Origin: Gemmatimonadales bacterium
GTDB lineage: Bacteria > Gemmatimonadota > Gemmatimonadetes > Gemmatimonadales > GWC2-71-9
Reading direction: 5' to 3'
DNA length: 64,000 nt
Assembly (NCBI GenBank): GCA_035763885.1
Contig: DASUAH010000034.1
Span: 104-64,103, forward strand
Position numbers and translations under genes: made by a program. The notes beneath the pieces are model-generated. The model saw only the letters and a program-made list of their open reading frames with translations, ran no database searches and had not been told where the DNA came from. This document shows positions 16,180 to 25,856 of this stretch, piece after piece. Positions within the stretch are counted from its first letter, which is position 1, and each line of letters opens with the position of its first letter.

Positions 16180-18273
16180 TCAGGGAGAAGGGGCTTCAAA
16201 TCTAATCCGCGGGTTTCGAGCCGATAGCGCGGCGCGCCACGCGGCGAGACTCTCCGCGGGCGCGTCACACGCAGCGCCGATGCAGGCATACCCGATCGCG
16301 CGGGGCCCGCGGCCCGCCATGGCGGCGACGGCGCGCGGGAGCGTGCGCCGTTGTGCGGTCTCCGGCGTGACCCGCTGGACCGCCCGGCGCGGCGCGAACG
16401 TCGCGAGCGCCGCGCGATGCATTTGGGCGGCTTCCGGGTTGTCGCCCGCGCCGGTCACGACGTAGTGGGTCGCGGGCTTGAGCTGCCGGTCCAGTGCCAG
16501 CAGCCAGGTGGCGGCGTGAAGCCCGAGGTCGCCCGCGCGGCCCGCGAACGCGCCGAGCAGCTCCGCCGTCCGCGCCTGCCACTCGTCCCCTCCGGTGAGC
16601 TGATGCAGGCGCCCGCAGACGATCGCGGCGACCCCGTTCGCCGACGGCGCGGGTGCGTCCTCGATCGGCTTGATGCCGGCCGGCAGCAAGCCTTCGCCGG
16701 ACCCGGTCCGGGCTCGATCGAACAGCCCGCCCGCGTCGGGGTCGCGGTACTCGCGCCAGACGCGCTCCATGATCCGCTCGGCCCACTCGAGCCAACCGTC
16801 GTCGCCGGTCGCTTCGTACGCGTCGAGCGCCGCTGCGGCCACCTGGACCTGGTCGTCCACCAGGCCGCCGCCGCCGGCCGGCGTGTGCGCCACCGCGTCC
16901 CCCTCGGGAGCTTCCGCCCGCAGCCGGGAGAGCGTCCGGAGGGCATGCTCTTCGGCCCATCGGTCGTCGAGCACCGCGCCCGCGCGCAGCAGCGCGGACG
17001 CCATCATGGCGTTCCATCCGGCGTACCGGGTCCGGTCCACGAAGGGGGTGGTGCGCCGCTCGCGCGCGGCCCGCAGCTTGGCCTCCGCCGAGCCGAGGAG
17101 CTTCGCGGCGACGTCGTCCTCGTAGCCGAGGCGGGCTGCCGCGGCCGCGAGCGGGGTGGCCACGTGCAGCACGTTCTTCGCGGGGTTGTGGTGCATCTCG
17201 CCCGCGGTCCCGATGTCGTAATACGCCGCGGCCAGGTCCAGCTCCTCCGCCGAGAGCACCGCCGCCGCCTCGTCGCGCGTCCAGGTGAAGTAGTCGCCGT
17301 CGTCGTCGAGCCCCACGTCCGCATCCTGGCTCGCCCCATAGCCGCCCTCGGGATCGGCGAGCACCTCGCGGACCCATCGGACCACGCCGCGGGCCACGTC
17401 CGCGTAGCGCGCCGTCCCGAACGACGCGTACGCGTCGAGGTAGACCCGGAGCAGCTCCGAGTTGTCGTACGACAGCTTCTCGAAGTGCGGCACGATCCAC
17501 TCGGCATCCACGCTGTAACGGTGGAACCCGCCGCCAAGGTGGTCGTGAATGCCGCCGTCGGCCATGGCATCGAGCGTTCGCTCGACGACCGCCCGGATCT
17601 CGGGCCGGGGCTCGTCCCACCAGCGCGAGAGCAACAGCGACAGGGCCGCGGGGTGAGGGAACTTCGGCTGTCGCCCGAACCCGCCGTGCACCGGGTCGAA
17701 CACCCGCAGCATCCCGTCGACCGCGTCGTCGAGAATCCCGGGCGCCGGCTCGCCCGCTCCGCGCGTCTCCGGTTGCCGGTCGAGCACGCGGCGGATCGCG
17801 CGCGCCTGCGCGTCGACCTGCGGCCGGCGGTCCCGCCAGGCCTCGAGCACGCTCGCCAGCACCGTGCGGAACCCCGGCCGCCCGTATTTCCCATCCGGCG
17901 GGAAGTAGGTCCCGCCGTAGAACACCTCGCCGTCCGGGGTGAGGAACACGGTGAGGGGCCATCCGCCCTGCTGCGTGAGCACCTGCACCGCGCGCTGATA
18001 ACGCGTGTCCACGTCCGGGCGTTCGTCGCGGTCCACCTTGATGCAGACGAAATCCCGGTTCAGCAGCTCGGCCACCGCCGGATCCTCGTACGACTCGCCG
18101 TCCATGACATGGCACCAGTGACACCAGACGGCGCCGATATCGAGCAGCACCGGCTTGCCCTCCGCCCGTGCGGCGGCGAAGGCCTCGGGCCCCCAGGGGT
18201 ACCAGTGGATCGGCTGGTGCGCCGCCGAGCGGAGATACGCGGACGCCGCGGCACCGAGGCGGTTCGCGCTCAT
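16180..18273 (-). CDS. thioredoxin-domain protein of the DUF255/YyaL (SSP411-like) family
   Basis: 697 aa. N-terminal [29 protein letters not shown], followed by an (alpha/alpha)6-barrel-like region. Confidence 0.9.
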   Translation of the reverse strand: MSANRLGAAASAYLRSAAHQPIHWYPWGPEAFAAARAEGKPVLLDIGAVWCHWCHVMDGESYEDPAVAELLNRDFVCIKVDRDERPDVDTRYQRAVQVLTQQGGWPLTVFLTPDGEVFYGGTYFPPDGKYGRPGFRTVLASVLEAWRDRRPQVDAQARAIRRVLDRQPETRGAGEPAPGILDDAVDGMLRVFDPVHGGFGRQPKFPHPAALSLLLSRWWDEPRPEIRAVVERTLDAMADGGIHDHLGGGFHRYSVDAEWIVPHFEKLSYDNSELLRVYLDAYASFGTARYADVARGVVRWVREVLADPEGGYGASQDADVGLDDDGDYFTWTRDEAAAVLSAEELDLAAAYYDIGTAGEMHHNPAKNVLHVATPLAAAAARLGYEDDVAAKLLGSAEAKLRAARERRTTPFVDRTRYAGWNAMMASALLRAGAVLDDRWAEEHALRTLSRLRAEAPEGDAVAHTPAGGGGLVDDQVQVAAAALDAYEATGDDGWLEWAERIMERVWREYRDPDAGGLFDRARTGSGEGLLPAGIKPIEDAPAPSANGVAAIVCGRLHQLTGGDEWQARTAELLGAFAGRAGDLGLHAATWLLALDRQLKPATHYVVTGAGDNPEAAQMHRAALATFAPRRAVQRVTPETAQRRTLPRAVAAMAGRGPRAIGYACIGAACDAPAESLAAWRAALSARNPRIRFEAPSP

Positions 18274-18773
18274 GACCGGCGCGCCGTCACGATCAGCGCC
18301 TCGCGAGGCCAGTGGACCCGCCCGTCGGGGAGGCGAAACGGCCCGAAGAACCCGATCATCTCGTGGTCGAGCCGAGCCCGCTGCCCGGGGCCCAGCTCCT
18401 CATGGGCGGCCGCCACGCGCCCGGCGGCCGAACGCAGCAACTCCCAGGCTGCCTCGGGTGAGTCCGCGTCGAAGGGAACCTCGACCGGTGCGACGGCGAT
18501 CTCGGCGAACCGCGCCGGCCGGCCGGCGGCGTCCCGGGTCGCCCAGGCGATCATCTCGGCGGCGAAATCCACACCGACCACCTGCCGCCCGCCGGTCTCG
18601 AGCGCCGCGAAGGCGGCGGTGCCCGGCCCGCAGGCAATGTCGAGCACGCGGTCGTCGCCGCCGATCCCGACGACGCGGCAGAGACGGCGCGCCGCGGGCA
18701 GGAAGTCCGGCGCGATCCTGTGCCGGTACTGGCGAGCCACCCGGCTCCAGACCTGGGGCAGGCCGAGCGTCAT
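18270..18773 (-). CDS. SAM-dependent methyltransferase-like protein
   Basis: Motif I VLDIACGPGTAAFAA and VVGVDFAAEMI. Start taken at MTLGLP; the track start at 18812 is also possible. ATGA overlap with the DUF255 gene. Confidence 0.65.
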   Translation of the reverse strand: MTLGLPQVWSRVARQYRHRIAPDFLPAARRLCRVVGIGGDDRVLDIACGPGTAAFAALETGGRQVVGVDFAAEMIAWATRDAAGRPARFAEIAVAPVEVPFDADSPEAAWELLRSAAGRVAAAHEELGPGQRARLDHEMIGFFGPFRLPDGRVHWPREALIVTARRS

Positions 18774-18823
18774 GGGCCCAATGTATAGCGATGGGCGCCG
18801 GCCATCCGCCATCCGGAAAGCCG

Positions 18824-18853
18824 GAAGCCCTCCCCTGACACAGGGAGGGCTTC
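18824..18853 (-). terminator. 11-bp perfect hairpin downstream of the cytochrome c gene
   Basis: GAAGCCCTCCC (18824-18834), 8-nt loop, GGGAGGGCTTC (18843-18853). Only a weak T-run follows on the minus strand. Confidence 0.45.
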
Positions 18854-18880
18854 GGAAGGCCCCCGGTGAAGGGCTCGGGG

Positions 18881-19267
18881 CTACTTGTGACTCAGCGCGT
18901 ACACGTACGCCGCGACCTGGTTCACCTCTTCATCGCTGATCTTGGACCCGCCGCGCGGCGGCATCGGAATGCCGCTCTTCGACTCCTCCTTCGTCAGGCC
19001 CTTCTTGATGTACTCCACGATGGCGGGATACGAGCCGTCGCTGTGGAGCCACTGGGCGTCCGTGAGGTTCGTCGTGGGGCCCAACATCCCCTGCGCGTTC
19101 TGCCCATGGCAGGCGTAGCAGTTGCCAGCGCCAGCGAACACCGCCTTGCCCTTGTCCACCATCTCCTGCGTGATGCCCGCAGGCAGCTTGGCCTGCGCGT
19201 GCGCGGAAGCGGCCGGCGCCGCCGTAGCAAGGAGGACGAGCAGGCCGAGACGAATGCGGATGTCCAT
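18881..19267 (-). CDS. class I c-type cytochrome (128 aa, signal peptide)
   Basis: MDIRIRLGLLVLLATAAPAASAHA signal, CYACHG haem-binding site and distal Met (IPMPP). Start at ATG 19267 within track ORF 18881..20230. Confidence 0.85.
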   Translation of the reverse strand: MDIRIRLGLLVLLATAAPAASAHAQAKLPAGITQEMVDKGKAVFAGAGNCYACHGQNAQGMLGPTTNLTDAQWLHSDGSYPAIVEYIKKGLTKEESKSGIPMPPRGGSKISDEEVNQVAAYVYALSHK

Positions 19268-19343
19268 CAGTGGCTCCTGTACGGTTGCTGGACGCCGGCA
19301 GCCTCGGCGAATGCCGAGGAATCCCTGGTTGTGGGGAATCTCT

Positions 19344-19371
19344 AGAATAAGCCGGCGCCACACCCGGTCAA
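19344..19371 (-). promoter_or_regulatory. sigma70-like promoter TTGACC-N16-TATTCT upstream of the cytochrome c gene
   Basis: -35 at 19371-19366 and -10 at 19349-19344 on the minus strand. A 7-bp hairpin (19302-19319) and CAGGAG Shine-Dalgarno follow before ATG 19267. Confidence 0.3.
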
Positions 19372-19500
19372 CCGGCGCCCGACATGCGCAACTATCGGAC
19401 CGGCAGCGGAGCCACCAGGCTGACCTGGAACATGTTTTGCGGCAACAACTTGCGAGTGTCAGAACGAGTGGGACTGGCGGGCTGTCCCCCCGGGGCGGCG

Positions 19501-20754
19501 CTACTCCGCCGCCTCCGGTGCCCCGCTGGACACGAGGCCCAGCGCGGTGGGCTTCCGCCCGAAGATCGCCGGATCGTAGGCACTGCGCGGATTCCAGAGC
19601 ACCCACGACGTGATCCCGACGTCCTTCGCCGCCCGTATCTGGGCCCGCACCTCGGCGGGAGAGTAGCGCGGCGGTCCGAGCGTGAACGCCTGAAGGTAGG
19701 GCCGGATCTCGGCGGTCTTGCCGAGCGGCGTGGACCGCCGGAGACCATCCTCCAGCGCGCGCCGCACGATGCGGTACGGCTCGCCGTTGGGGTGGCGGCT
19801 CTGGTACATCCCGCGGTAGTAGTGACTGGGGTAGACCATCGGCAGCACGACGTCGGCCGCTGTCACGAGGTCCTCCCAGAGCTGGCCGATGCCCATGTCG
19901 CCGGTGGCCGTCGTCGTAAGCCCGAACACGTCGATCGTGAACGGCACGCCGAGCGGCTTGGTGCGCTCCCGCAGGAGCGCCAGCCCCCGCATCACCCCGT
20001 TCCGCTTGGTTTCCCCCGAGTCGCGGGCGGTGAAGACCGCCGACGCCATGCGCGATGGAGGCTCGTCGGGGAACCGTACGTAGTCGTACTGCACTTCCGC
20101 AAACCCGAGCCGCACCGCTTCCTCGGCGAGCTGGGCCGCGTAGACCCAGACCGAGTCGTTGAACCCATCGACCCACGCGAAATCCAGCCGGTCGCGCCAG
20201 AGGCCTCCGTTCACATGCCGGACGGCCCACTCCGGCTTGCGGGAGGCGAGCAGGGGATCCTTGGCGACCACGATCCGCGCGATCGGGTAGATCCCCTTCT
20301 CCTGCAACAGGCGGAGGCGCTCCTCCGCGTCACGGGCACGTCGGCGATCGTTCGCGCCGATCTCGACTGCCGTCGGCACCGCCGACCGGTAGGTCAGATA
20401 CCCGGTATCGTCCTTCACGTCGATGACGAACGCGTTGATCTCGGTCGTATCGGCCATGCGCACGAGATCATGGAACCGCCGGCCGCCGAAAGCCCAGGCG
20501 TTCACGTAGACCGCCCGGATTTCTTTCGGCGGCTCGACCAGCGGTGGCGCGGGCCAGTGCAGGGGCTGCGCCGCGGCGCCGGGGAGCGACCGCACTGGCG
20601 GCAGCGGCGAGGCAAGCTCGTCTCCCCAGCCCGCGGCAGGTGCTGAAACTTGCGCGGCCGCATGGGTCGCGAAGGAAACCGTGAGAGTCGTGCAGAAGGC
20701 GATGCGGAACATCCCAGGCCCCGGGCGGAGGTCCCGGTTGCCGGCGCGCGCCAA
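19501..20754 (-). CDS. putative TIM-barrel glycoside hydrolase (DUF4015-like), secreted
   Basis: IRAVYVNAWAFGG...INAFVIDVKDDTGYLTY...YDYVRFPDE pattern. The likely real start is MFRIAFCTTL at 20712. The family name is from memory. Confidence 0.75.
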   Translation of the reverse strand: MARAGNRDLRPGPGMFRIAFCTTLTVSFATHAAAQVSAPAAGWGDELASPLPPVRSLPGAAAQPLHWPAPPLVEPPKEIRAVYVNAWAFGGRRFHDLVRMADTTEINAFVIDVKDDTGYLTYRSAVPTAVEIGANDRRRARDAEERLRLLQEKGIYPIARIVVAKDPLLASRKPEWAVRHVNGGLWRDRLDFAWVDGFNDSVWVYAAQLAEEAVRLGFAEVQYDYVRFPDEPPSRMASAVFTARDSGETKRNGVMRGLALLRERTKPLGVPFTIDVFGLTTTATGDMGIGQLWEDLVTAADVVLPMVYPSHYYRGMYQSRHPNGEPYRIVRRALEDGLRRSTPLGKTAEIRPYLQAFTLGPPRYSPAEVRAQIRAAKDVGITSWVLWNPRSAYDPAIFGRKPTALGLVSSGAPEAAE

Positions 20755-20828
20755 CCCATGGCGTCAGAACGTGTTGGCGCCTTGCTGACAACCGCGAGCC
20801 GAATCAGGATGCTCGCTACGGGAGCAAA

Positions 20829-22292
20829 TCAGGGGCCGGTGGGAAGTGGAGTGATCTCGATACGGCGGTTCGTGGCGCGACCAGTGACCGTGGTGTCGCT
20901 GGTGATGGGAGCGGTGGCGCCGTAGAATTTCGGCACGAGCTGCTGCGGACGAATGCCCTTGTTGATGAGATACGAGCGCACCGCCTCGATGCGAAGCGTG
21001 GCGAGCTGGCGGCTGTCGGTCTGCGACCGCGAGCTCGCGGTGTGGGCGCCGACCTCGACCCGCAGCGCGGACGTTGCGAGCAGTACGTTCGCGATCGAGT
21101 CGAGCACCGGGTAGGCCTCGGCGCGCAGCCGCGCGCTGCCGAGGGCGAACGCGGCGTCGCGGAGCACCACGGGCCGGGGGGCCGCCGCAGGTGTCGGGGC
21201 GGGGGCGGGGGCCGGCGGAGGCGCGGGCGGAGGCGCGGGACGCTTCTGCGGACGCGCCCCATCTGAGGGGCAACCCTCGCGGTCGACCCGGGTAGCGGGG
21301 GGCGTATCGGGGCAGCGGTCGAGCCCGTCGAGCACCTCGTCCCCGTCGGTGTCGTTGGGGCAGCCCAGCGCGTCGACCGTGGCGCCGGGAGGTGTGTCCG
21401 GGCAGCGGTCGAGCCCGTCGGGGACCTGGTCCCGATCGGCGTCGCTGGAGCATCCGAAGGCGTTCACGGCGGCGCCAGCGGGGGTGCCCGGGCAGCGGTC
21501 GATCCCATCGGGGATCGCGTCGTTGTCTTCGTCGAGCGGGCAGCCATTCTCCCCGGTCCGCACGCCGGCGGGCGTGGCGGGACACCGGTCGATGCCATCC
21601 GCGACCCCATCGTTGTCGGCGTCGGTGGGGCAGCCCTTGCGGTTCACCAGCGCGCCCGCGCGGGTTCCCGGGCAGTCGTCGTCGGCGTCGATCACCCCGT
21701 CGCCGTCCGCATCCACGAGCGCCTTGCTGCCCAGCATGAGGCTCAGGCCCAGCGTGCCGCCGAAGTTGGAGAACTTGCGCTGCCCGAACGCGTCGCTGCT
21801 GCTGATATTGCGTTGCACGGTGCCGTCAGCTCGCACGAGCAGGGTGGGTGTGATGCCGATGCGGAAACCCGCGCCCGCACTCCACGTACCTGCGCTACCG
21901 CAAGCGCCCGCTCCTGGCGTGGACTGGGGCGCGCATTCGCCGTAGCTGATGGATCCGAGACCGGCCCTGAGGTGGAAAAAGTTTCGCTCACTGAGCGGAA
22001 TATTGTAAAGAAGCGAGCCGCCGACCGACGTCACGCCGACGGCATCGCCACCTGCCTGCGGCTTTGCGCGCACGTAGGAGAGCTCGCCCTCCAATGAGAA
22101 GCGCAGCGGCAGCCATAGGCCTAGTCGCCCGGTGCCGCCATATCCCGTTCCGTACCCGGTCGTGTCGTCGAGGGCCGTGAGCGCGCCGGCGGCGCCGAGC
22201 TCGACCAGATAGCGGCGTTGTTGAGCGGGAGCGGAGGCCGGGGCGAGGAGCAGCAGCACGAGCGGGAGGGATACGACGCGCCGGAGGGCCAT
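20829..22292 (-). CDS. OmpA-family outer-membrane protein with thrombospondin type-3 repeats
   Basis: Signal MALRRVVSLPLVLLLLAPASAPAQ, N-terminal beta-barrel, repeated D.D.DGV.D..D.CP motifs, a Pro/Ala linker, and a C-terminal OmpA peptidoglycan-binding domain (NRRIEI). Confidence 0.9.
   Translation of the reverse strand: MALRRVVSLPLVLLLLAPASAPAQQRRYLVELGAAGALTALDDTTGYGTGYGGTGRLGLWLPLRFSLEGELSYVRAKPQAGGDAVGVTSVGGSLLYNIPLSERNFFHLRAGLGSISYGECAPQSTPGAGACGSAGTWSAGAGFRIGITPTLLVRADGTVQRNISSSDAFGQRKFSNFGGTLGLSLMLGSKALVDADGDGVIDADDDCPGTRAGALVNRKGCPTDADNDGVADGIDRCPATPAGVRTGENGCPLDEDNDAIPDGIDRCPGTPAGAAVNAFGCSSDADRDQVPDGLDRCPDTPPGATVDALGCPNDTDGDEVLDGLDRCPDTPPATRVDREGCPSDGARPQKRPAPPPAPPPAPAPAPTPAAAPRPVVLRDAAFALGSARLRAEAYPVLDSIANVLLATSALRVEVGAHTASSRSQTDSRQLATLRIEAVRSYLINKGIRPQQLVPKFYGATAPITSDTTVTGRATNRRIEITPLPTGP
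21250..21720 (-). repeat. in-frame tandem TSP3 (calcium-binding) repeats inside the OmpA gene
   Basis: About five copies of (D.D.D.V.DG.DRCP.TP.G..V...GCP) can be seen at both the protein and DNA level (recurring gggcagcggtcga[gt]cc[cg]). Confidence 0.7.
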
Positions 22293-22344
22293 GGCAAATA
22301 GATACCCGCGGCCAAGGTGGGTGACAAGCCGCGGGTGCGCGGGC

Positions 22345-22373
22345 TTGGCAGCACGACGGACGGCGGGTAAGAT
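22345..22373 (+). promoter_or_regulatory. sigma70-like promoter TTGGCA-N17-TAAGAT upstream of the selW-like gene
   Basis: -35 at 22345-22350 and -10 at 22368-22373. The predicted 5-prime UTR is about 40 nt, with GGAGAG Shine-Dalgarno at 22411-22416. Confidence 0.4.
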
Positions 22374-22419
22374 GCGACGGCCCGAGTTCCCAACGGTCCG
22401 GAGCGAACCAGGAGAGCAC

Positions 22420-22653
22420 GTGCGCGTCGTGATCGAATACTGCGTCGTTTGAAACTACCAGCCACGGGCCGCCGGTCTGGCGGCCGAGCTGAAGCGGGAG
22501 TTTCCCGAGGCGGACATCCAGCTGATGCAGTCGTCGGGGGGACGATTCGAGGTCAGCGTGGACGGGCGCCTCGTCTTCTCCAAGGCGAAGCTGGGCCGGC
22601 ATGCCCAGCCGGGGGAGGTGCTGAATCTCATCCGGAGAGGGAGCGCCGAGTAA
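22420..22653 (+). CDS. selW: Rdx/SelW-like selenoprotein (77 codons) with in-frame UGA (Sec) at 22450-22452
   Basis: GTG 22420 opens MRVVIEYCVV[TGA]NYQPRAAGLAAELKREFPEADIQLMQSSGGRFEVSVDGRLVFSKAKLGRHAQPGEVLNLIRRGSAE, ending at TAA 22651. The TGA falls at the second position of the family CxxC/CxxU redox motif. Family-typical residues (RAA..LA.EL, GG.FEV.VDG) continue in frame after the TGA. Confidence 0.8.
22459..22491 (+). promoter_or_regulatory. bacterial SECIS-like stem-loop
   Basis: The upper stem GGCCGCC (22467-22473) pairs with GGCGGCC (22479-22485) around apical loop GGUCU. The lower stem is CAGC (22459-22462) with GCUG (22488-22491). The upper stem starts 14 nt after the UGA. The loop sequence resembles the E. 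coli fdhF SECIS apex (GGUCU). Confidence 0.6.
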
Positions 22654-22690
22654 GCCGTGAGCGTGGGCTGCTTACTGCACACCACCTACT

Positions 22691-23770
22691 ATGAGGATCG
22701 CGATTTCCACGGGCGGCGGCGACGCGCCGGGCCTCAATGCGGTCATCCGGGCCGTCGTGCTCTCCGCGCAGCATCGGGGCTGGCGCTCCTACGGCATCCT
22801 CCGCGGCTACGACGGGCTGCTCGCGTTCAGCGGCGTCGTGCCGCTTGGCCCGGAGCAGGTGCGGGGGATCACCCACCTGGGCGGCACCATCCTCGGCACC
22901 AGCAACCGGGGGAATCCGTTCCGTTACATCGTGAAGGACGCGGATGGGAGGGAGCGGGAGGTGGATCGCTCCGACGACCTCGTGGCGGCGTTCCATGCCA
23001 GCGGCTTTGACGCGTTGGTGGCCATCGGCGGCGACGGCAGCCTCACCATCGCCTACGAGCTCTGGAAGAAGGGGATTCCCGTCGTCTGCGTGCCCAAGAC
23101 GATCGACAACGACGTGCCCGGGACCGAGCGGACCTTCGGCTACGACACCGCCGTCGCCACCGCCACCGACGCCATCGACAAGCTCCACTCCACGGCCGAG
23201 AGCCACGAGCGCGTGATCGTGGTCGAGCTGATGGGCCGCTATGCCGGCTGGATCGCGCTGTCCAGCGGGGCGTCGGGCAGCGCCGACGTGATCCTGCTGC
23301 CCGAGATCCCGTTCGATATCGAGAAGGTCTGCGAGAAGATCCGGGCCCGCGAGGCTGCCGGGCGCCGGTTCAGCATCGTCGTGGTCGCCGAAGGGGCGCG
23401 CCCCAGGGACGGGGACATCGTGCTGCTCGAGCGCCGCAGCGCGGGCGCGGCGGACCGGCTCGGCGGGATCGGCGGCAAGGTGGCACGGGCCATCCAGGAG
23501 CGCACCGGCAAGGAAGTGCGTACGCTGGTGCTCGGGCACCTCCAGCGCGGCGGCTCGCCCACCACGTACGATCGTCTGCTGGCGTTGCGCTTCGGGGCGG
23601 CGGCGGTGCGTGCCATCGCGGACCGCGCCTTCGGCGTCATGGTCGGCCTCAACGGCCCCACCATCACCCGGGTACCGCTCGCGGAGGTCGTCGGAAGGCC
23701 GCACAACGTCCCGCTCGACTCCGACATCGTCGCCACCGTGCGCGACCTTGGCATCAGCCTCGGGGACTGA
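22691..23770 (+). CDS. pfkA: 6-phosphofructokinase (PfkA family; GGDGS + PKTIDND motifs)
   Basis: 359 aa. MRIAISTGGGDAPGLNAVIRAV, AIGGDGSL, CVPKTIDNDV, MGRYAGWIAL. Confidence 0.9.
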   Translation: MRIAISTGGGDAPGLNAVIRAVVLSAQHRGWRSYGILRGYDGLLAFSGVVPLGPEQVRGITHLGGTILGTSNRGNPFRYIVKDADGREREVDRSDDLVAAFHASGFDALVAIGGDGSLTIAYELWKKGIPVVCVPKTIDNDVPGTERTFGYDTAVATATDAIDKLHSTAESHERVIVVELMGRYAGWIALSSGASGSADVILLPEIPFDIEKVCEKIRAREAAGRRFSIVVVAEGARPRDGDIVLLERRSAGAADRLGGIGGKVARAIQERTGKEVRTLVLGHLQRGGSPTTYDRLLALRFGAAAVRAIADRAFGVMVGLNGPTITRVPLAEVVGRPHNVPLDSDIVATVRDLGISLGD

Positions 23771-25856
23771 TCTCCTGCCGCCGCCGCAGACCCGCCGCGC
23801 CGACCTGGTCGAGGTGATCCACGGCGAGTCGATCGCCGACCCCTACCGCTGGCTCGAGAACGGCGACAGCGCCGAGACCAGGGCCTGGACCGAGACGCAG
23901 AACGCGCTGACCGAGGCCTACCTTTCGGCGTCGCCCGCCCGCCCGCTCATCCGCGCGCGACTGGACGAGCTGCTGGCCATCGGCGCGCTCGGCACGCCCA
24001 CGCCGGTGCGGGGCCGCTACTTCTATCAGACCCGGGACGGCCGCCAGAATCAGCCGGTGCTCAACGTCCGCCAGGGCGTCCACGGCGCCGACCGCGTGCT
24101 CCTCGATCCGAACACCATGAACCCGGACGGGACCACCGCGCTCGACTGGTGGCACCCCAGCGAGGACGGGCGCATGCTCGCCTACGGGCTCTCGGAGGAC
24201 GGGAGCGAGGAGAGCGTGCTCCACGTGCTGGACGTCGAGAGCGGAGCGGTCGGGCCCGACCGGATCCCCGACACGCGCGCGGCGGACGTGGCGTGGCTTC
24301 CCGACGGGACGGGGTTCTACTACACGCGCTTTCCGGCGCGTGGCACCGTCGCGGACGGTGACGAGCACTATCACCGGGCCGTCTGGTTCCACCGGCTCGG
24401 CACCGACCCGGCGACGGATTCGCTGATCTTCCGTCCCGCAGAGAAGGAGTTCTGGCCGGCGGTGAGCCTCTCGCCCGACGGCCGGTGGCTCCTGATCAGC
24501 GTCTCCCGGACCTTCGAGCAGACCGACCTGTGGCTCCAGGATCTTCGCGCGGGCACTCCTGCGGTCGCGGTCGCACGCGATCTCCCCGCACTGTTCGACG
24601 GCGGCGTGGTGCGCGACCGGCTCTACGTCCGCACCAACCTCCGCGCCCCCACCTACGGCCTCTACGAGATCGACGCGGAGCGGCCGCGCCTCGACGAGAT
24701 GCGCGAGCTGGTGCCCCCCCGGGCCGACGCGGTACTCGACGGCGCGGCTATCGCGGGCGACCACCTGCTGCTCACCTATCTGGAGCGGGCCACCTCACGG
24801 CTCCGCATCGCACGCCGGGACGGGAGCGCCGTGCGCGACCACCCGCTGCCGGGCATCGGCAGCCTTTTCGGCCTCGGCGCCGAGTGGGACGGCGACGAGG
24901 CGTTCTACGGGTTCTCGTCCTACACGACGCCACCCAGCGTCTTCCGCATCGACCTGCGGACGGGCGAGGAGACCCTGTGGCGGCGGGTGGAGGCCGAGGT
25001 GCAGCCGGAGCGCTTCGAGGTGCGGCAGGTGGAGTATCGCTCGCGCGACGGTACGCCGATTACCATGTTCGTGGTCCAGCCGCGCGGGGTCGAGCTGGAC
25101 GGGAACAACCCCACCTACCTCACCGGCTACGGCGGGTTCAACATCAGCATGGCCCCCGCGTTCTCCCGCTCGCTCGTTTTCTGGCTGGAGTGGGGCGGTG
25201 TCGTCGCGGTGCCGAACCTGCGTGGCGGCGGCGAGTACGGCGAAAGCTGGCACCAGGCCGGCATGCTGGCGAACAAGCAGAACACCTTCGACGACTTCAT
25301 CGCTGCGGCGGAGTGGCTGGTCGCGAGCGGATACACCCGGCCCCGCCGGCTGGCCGTGGCCGGCGGGTCGAACGGCGGGCTCCTGATGGGGGCCGCGCTC
25401 ACGCAACGTCCGGAGCTGTTCGGGGCCGTGGTGATCCAGGTGCCGCTGCTCGACATGCTGCGCTACCACCGCTTCCTCCTCGCGCGGCTCTGGATCCCCG
25501 AGTACGGCTCGCCCGACGACCCCACGGAGTTCCGCTGGCTGAGGTCGTACTCGCCGTACCATCACGTCCGCGACGGGGTGTCCTATCCGGCGGTGCTGCT
25601 CTCCACCGCGGAGGGCGACACGCGGGTGGATCCGATGCATGCGCGGAAGATGGCCGCCCGGCTGCAGGCCGCGAGCGTCTCCGGTCGTCCGGTGCTGGTC
25701 CGGCTCGAGTCTCGCGCCGGCCATGGGGCGGGTAAGCCGCTTTCCAAGGTGCTGGACGAGCTGACGGACAGCTGGACCTTCATCAGCCGGGAGTTGGGGG
25801 TCGAGGTGGGCCCCGGTACCGCTTACCGTTCACCCGGAGGAGGACCTCACGCATGA
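23748..25856 (+). CDS. prolyl oligopeptidase (S9A family)
   Basis: N-terminal PPPQTRRADLVEVIHGESIADPYRWLE, a beta-propeller region, then the catalytic domain with the GGSNGGLL nucleophile elbow. There is no ATG near the N-terminus. The proposed start is TTG 23748 (overlapping the pfk 3-prime end); alternatives are CTG 23775 and GTG 23814. Confidence 0.85.
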   Translation: MASASGTDLLPPPQTRRADLVEVIHGESIADPYRWLENGDSAETRAWTETQNALTEAYLSASPARPLIRARLDELLAIGALGTPTPVRGRYFYQTRDGRQNQPVLNVRQGVHGADRVLLDPNTMNPDGTTALDWWHPSEDGRMLAYGLSEDGSEESVLHVLDVESGAVGPDRIPDTRAADVAWLPDGTGFYYTRFPARGTVADGDEHYHRAVWFHRLGTDPATDSLIFRPAEKEFWPAVSLSPDGRWLLISVSRTFEQTDLWLQDLRAGTPAVAVARDLPALFDGGVVRDRLYVRTNLRAPTYGLYEIDAERPRLDEMRELVPPRADAVLDGAAIAGDHLLLTYLERATSRLRIARRDGSAVRDHPLPGIGSLFGLGAEWDGDEAFYGFSSYTTPPSVFRIDLRTGEETLWRRVEAEVQPERFEVRQVEYRSRDGTPITMFVVQPRGVELDGNNPTYLTGYGGFNISMAPAFSRSLVFWLEWGGVVAVPNLRGGGEYGESWHQAGMLANKQNTFDDFIAAAEWLVASGYTRPRRLAVAGGSNGGLLMGAALTQRPELFGAVVIQVPLLDMLRYHRFLLARLWIPEYGSPDDPTEFRWLRSYSPYHHVRDGVSYPAVLLSTAEGDTRVDPMHARKMAARLQAASVSGRPVLVRLESRAGHGAGKPLSKVLDELTDSWTFISRELGVEVGPGTAYRSPGGGPHA

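Noticed and set aside
22449-22694. 81-aa TTG-initiated track ORF across the selW-like locus
   Set aside because: It is out of frame with the Rdx-family reading frame, its translation has no recognisable features, and it overlaps the pfk start. The UGA-containing frame from 22420-22653 explains the locus better.
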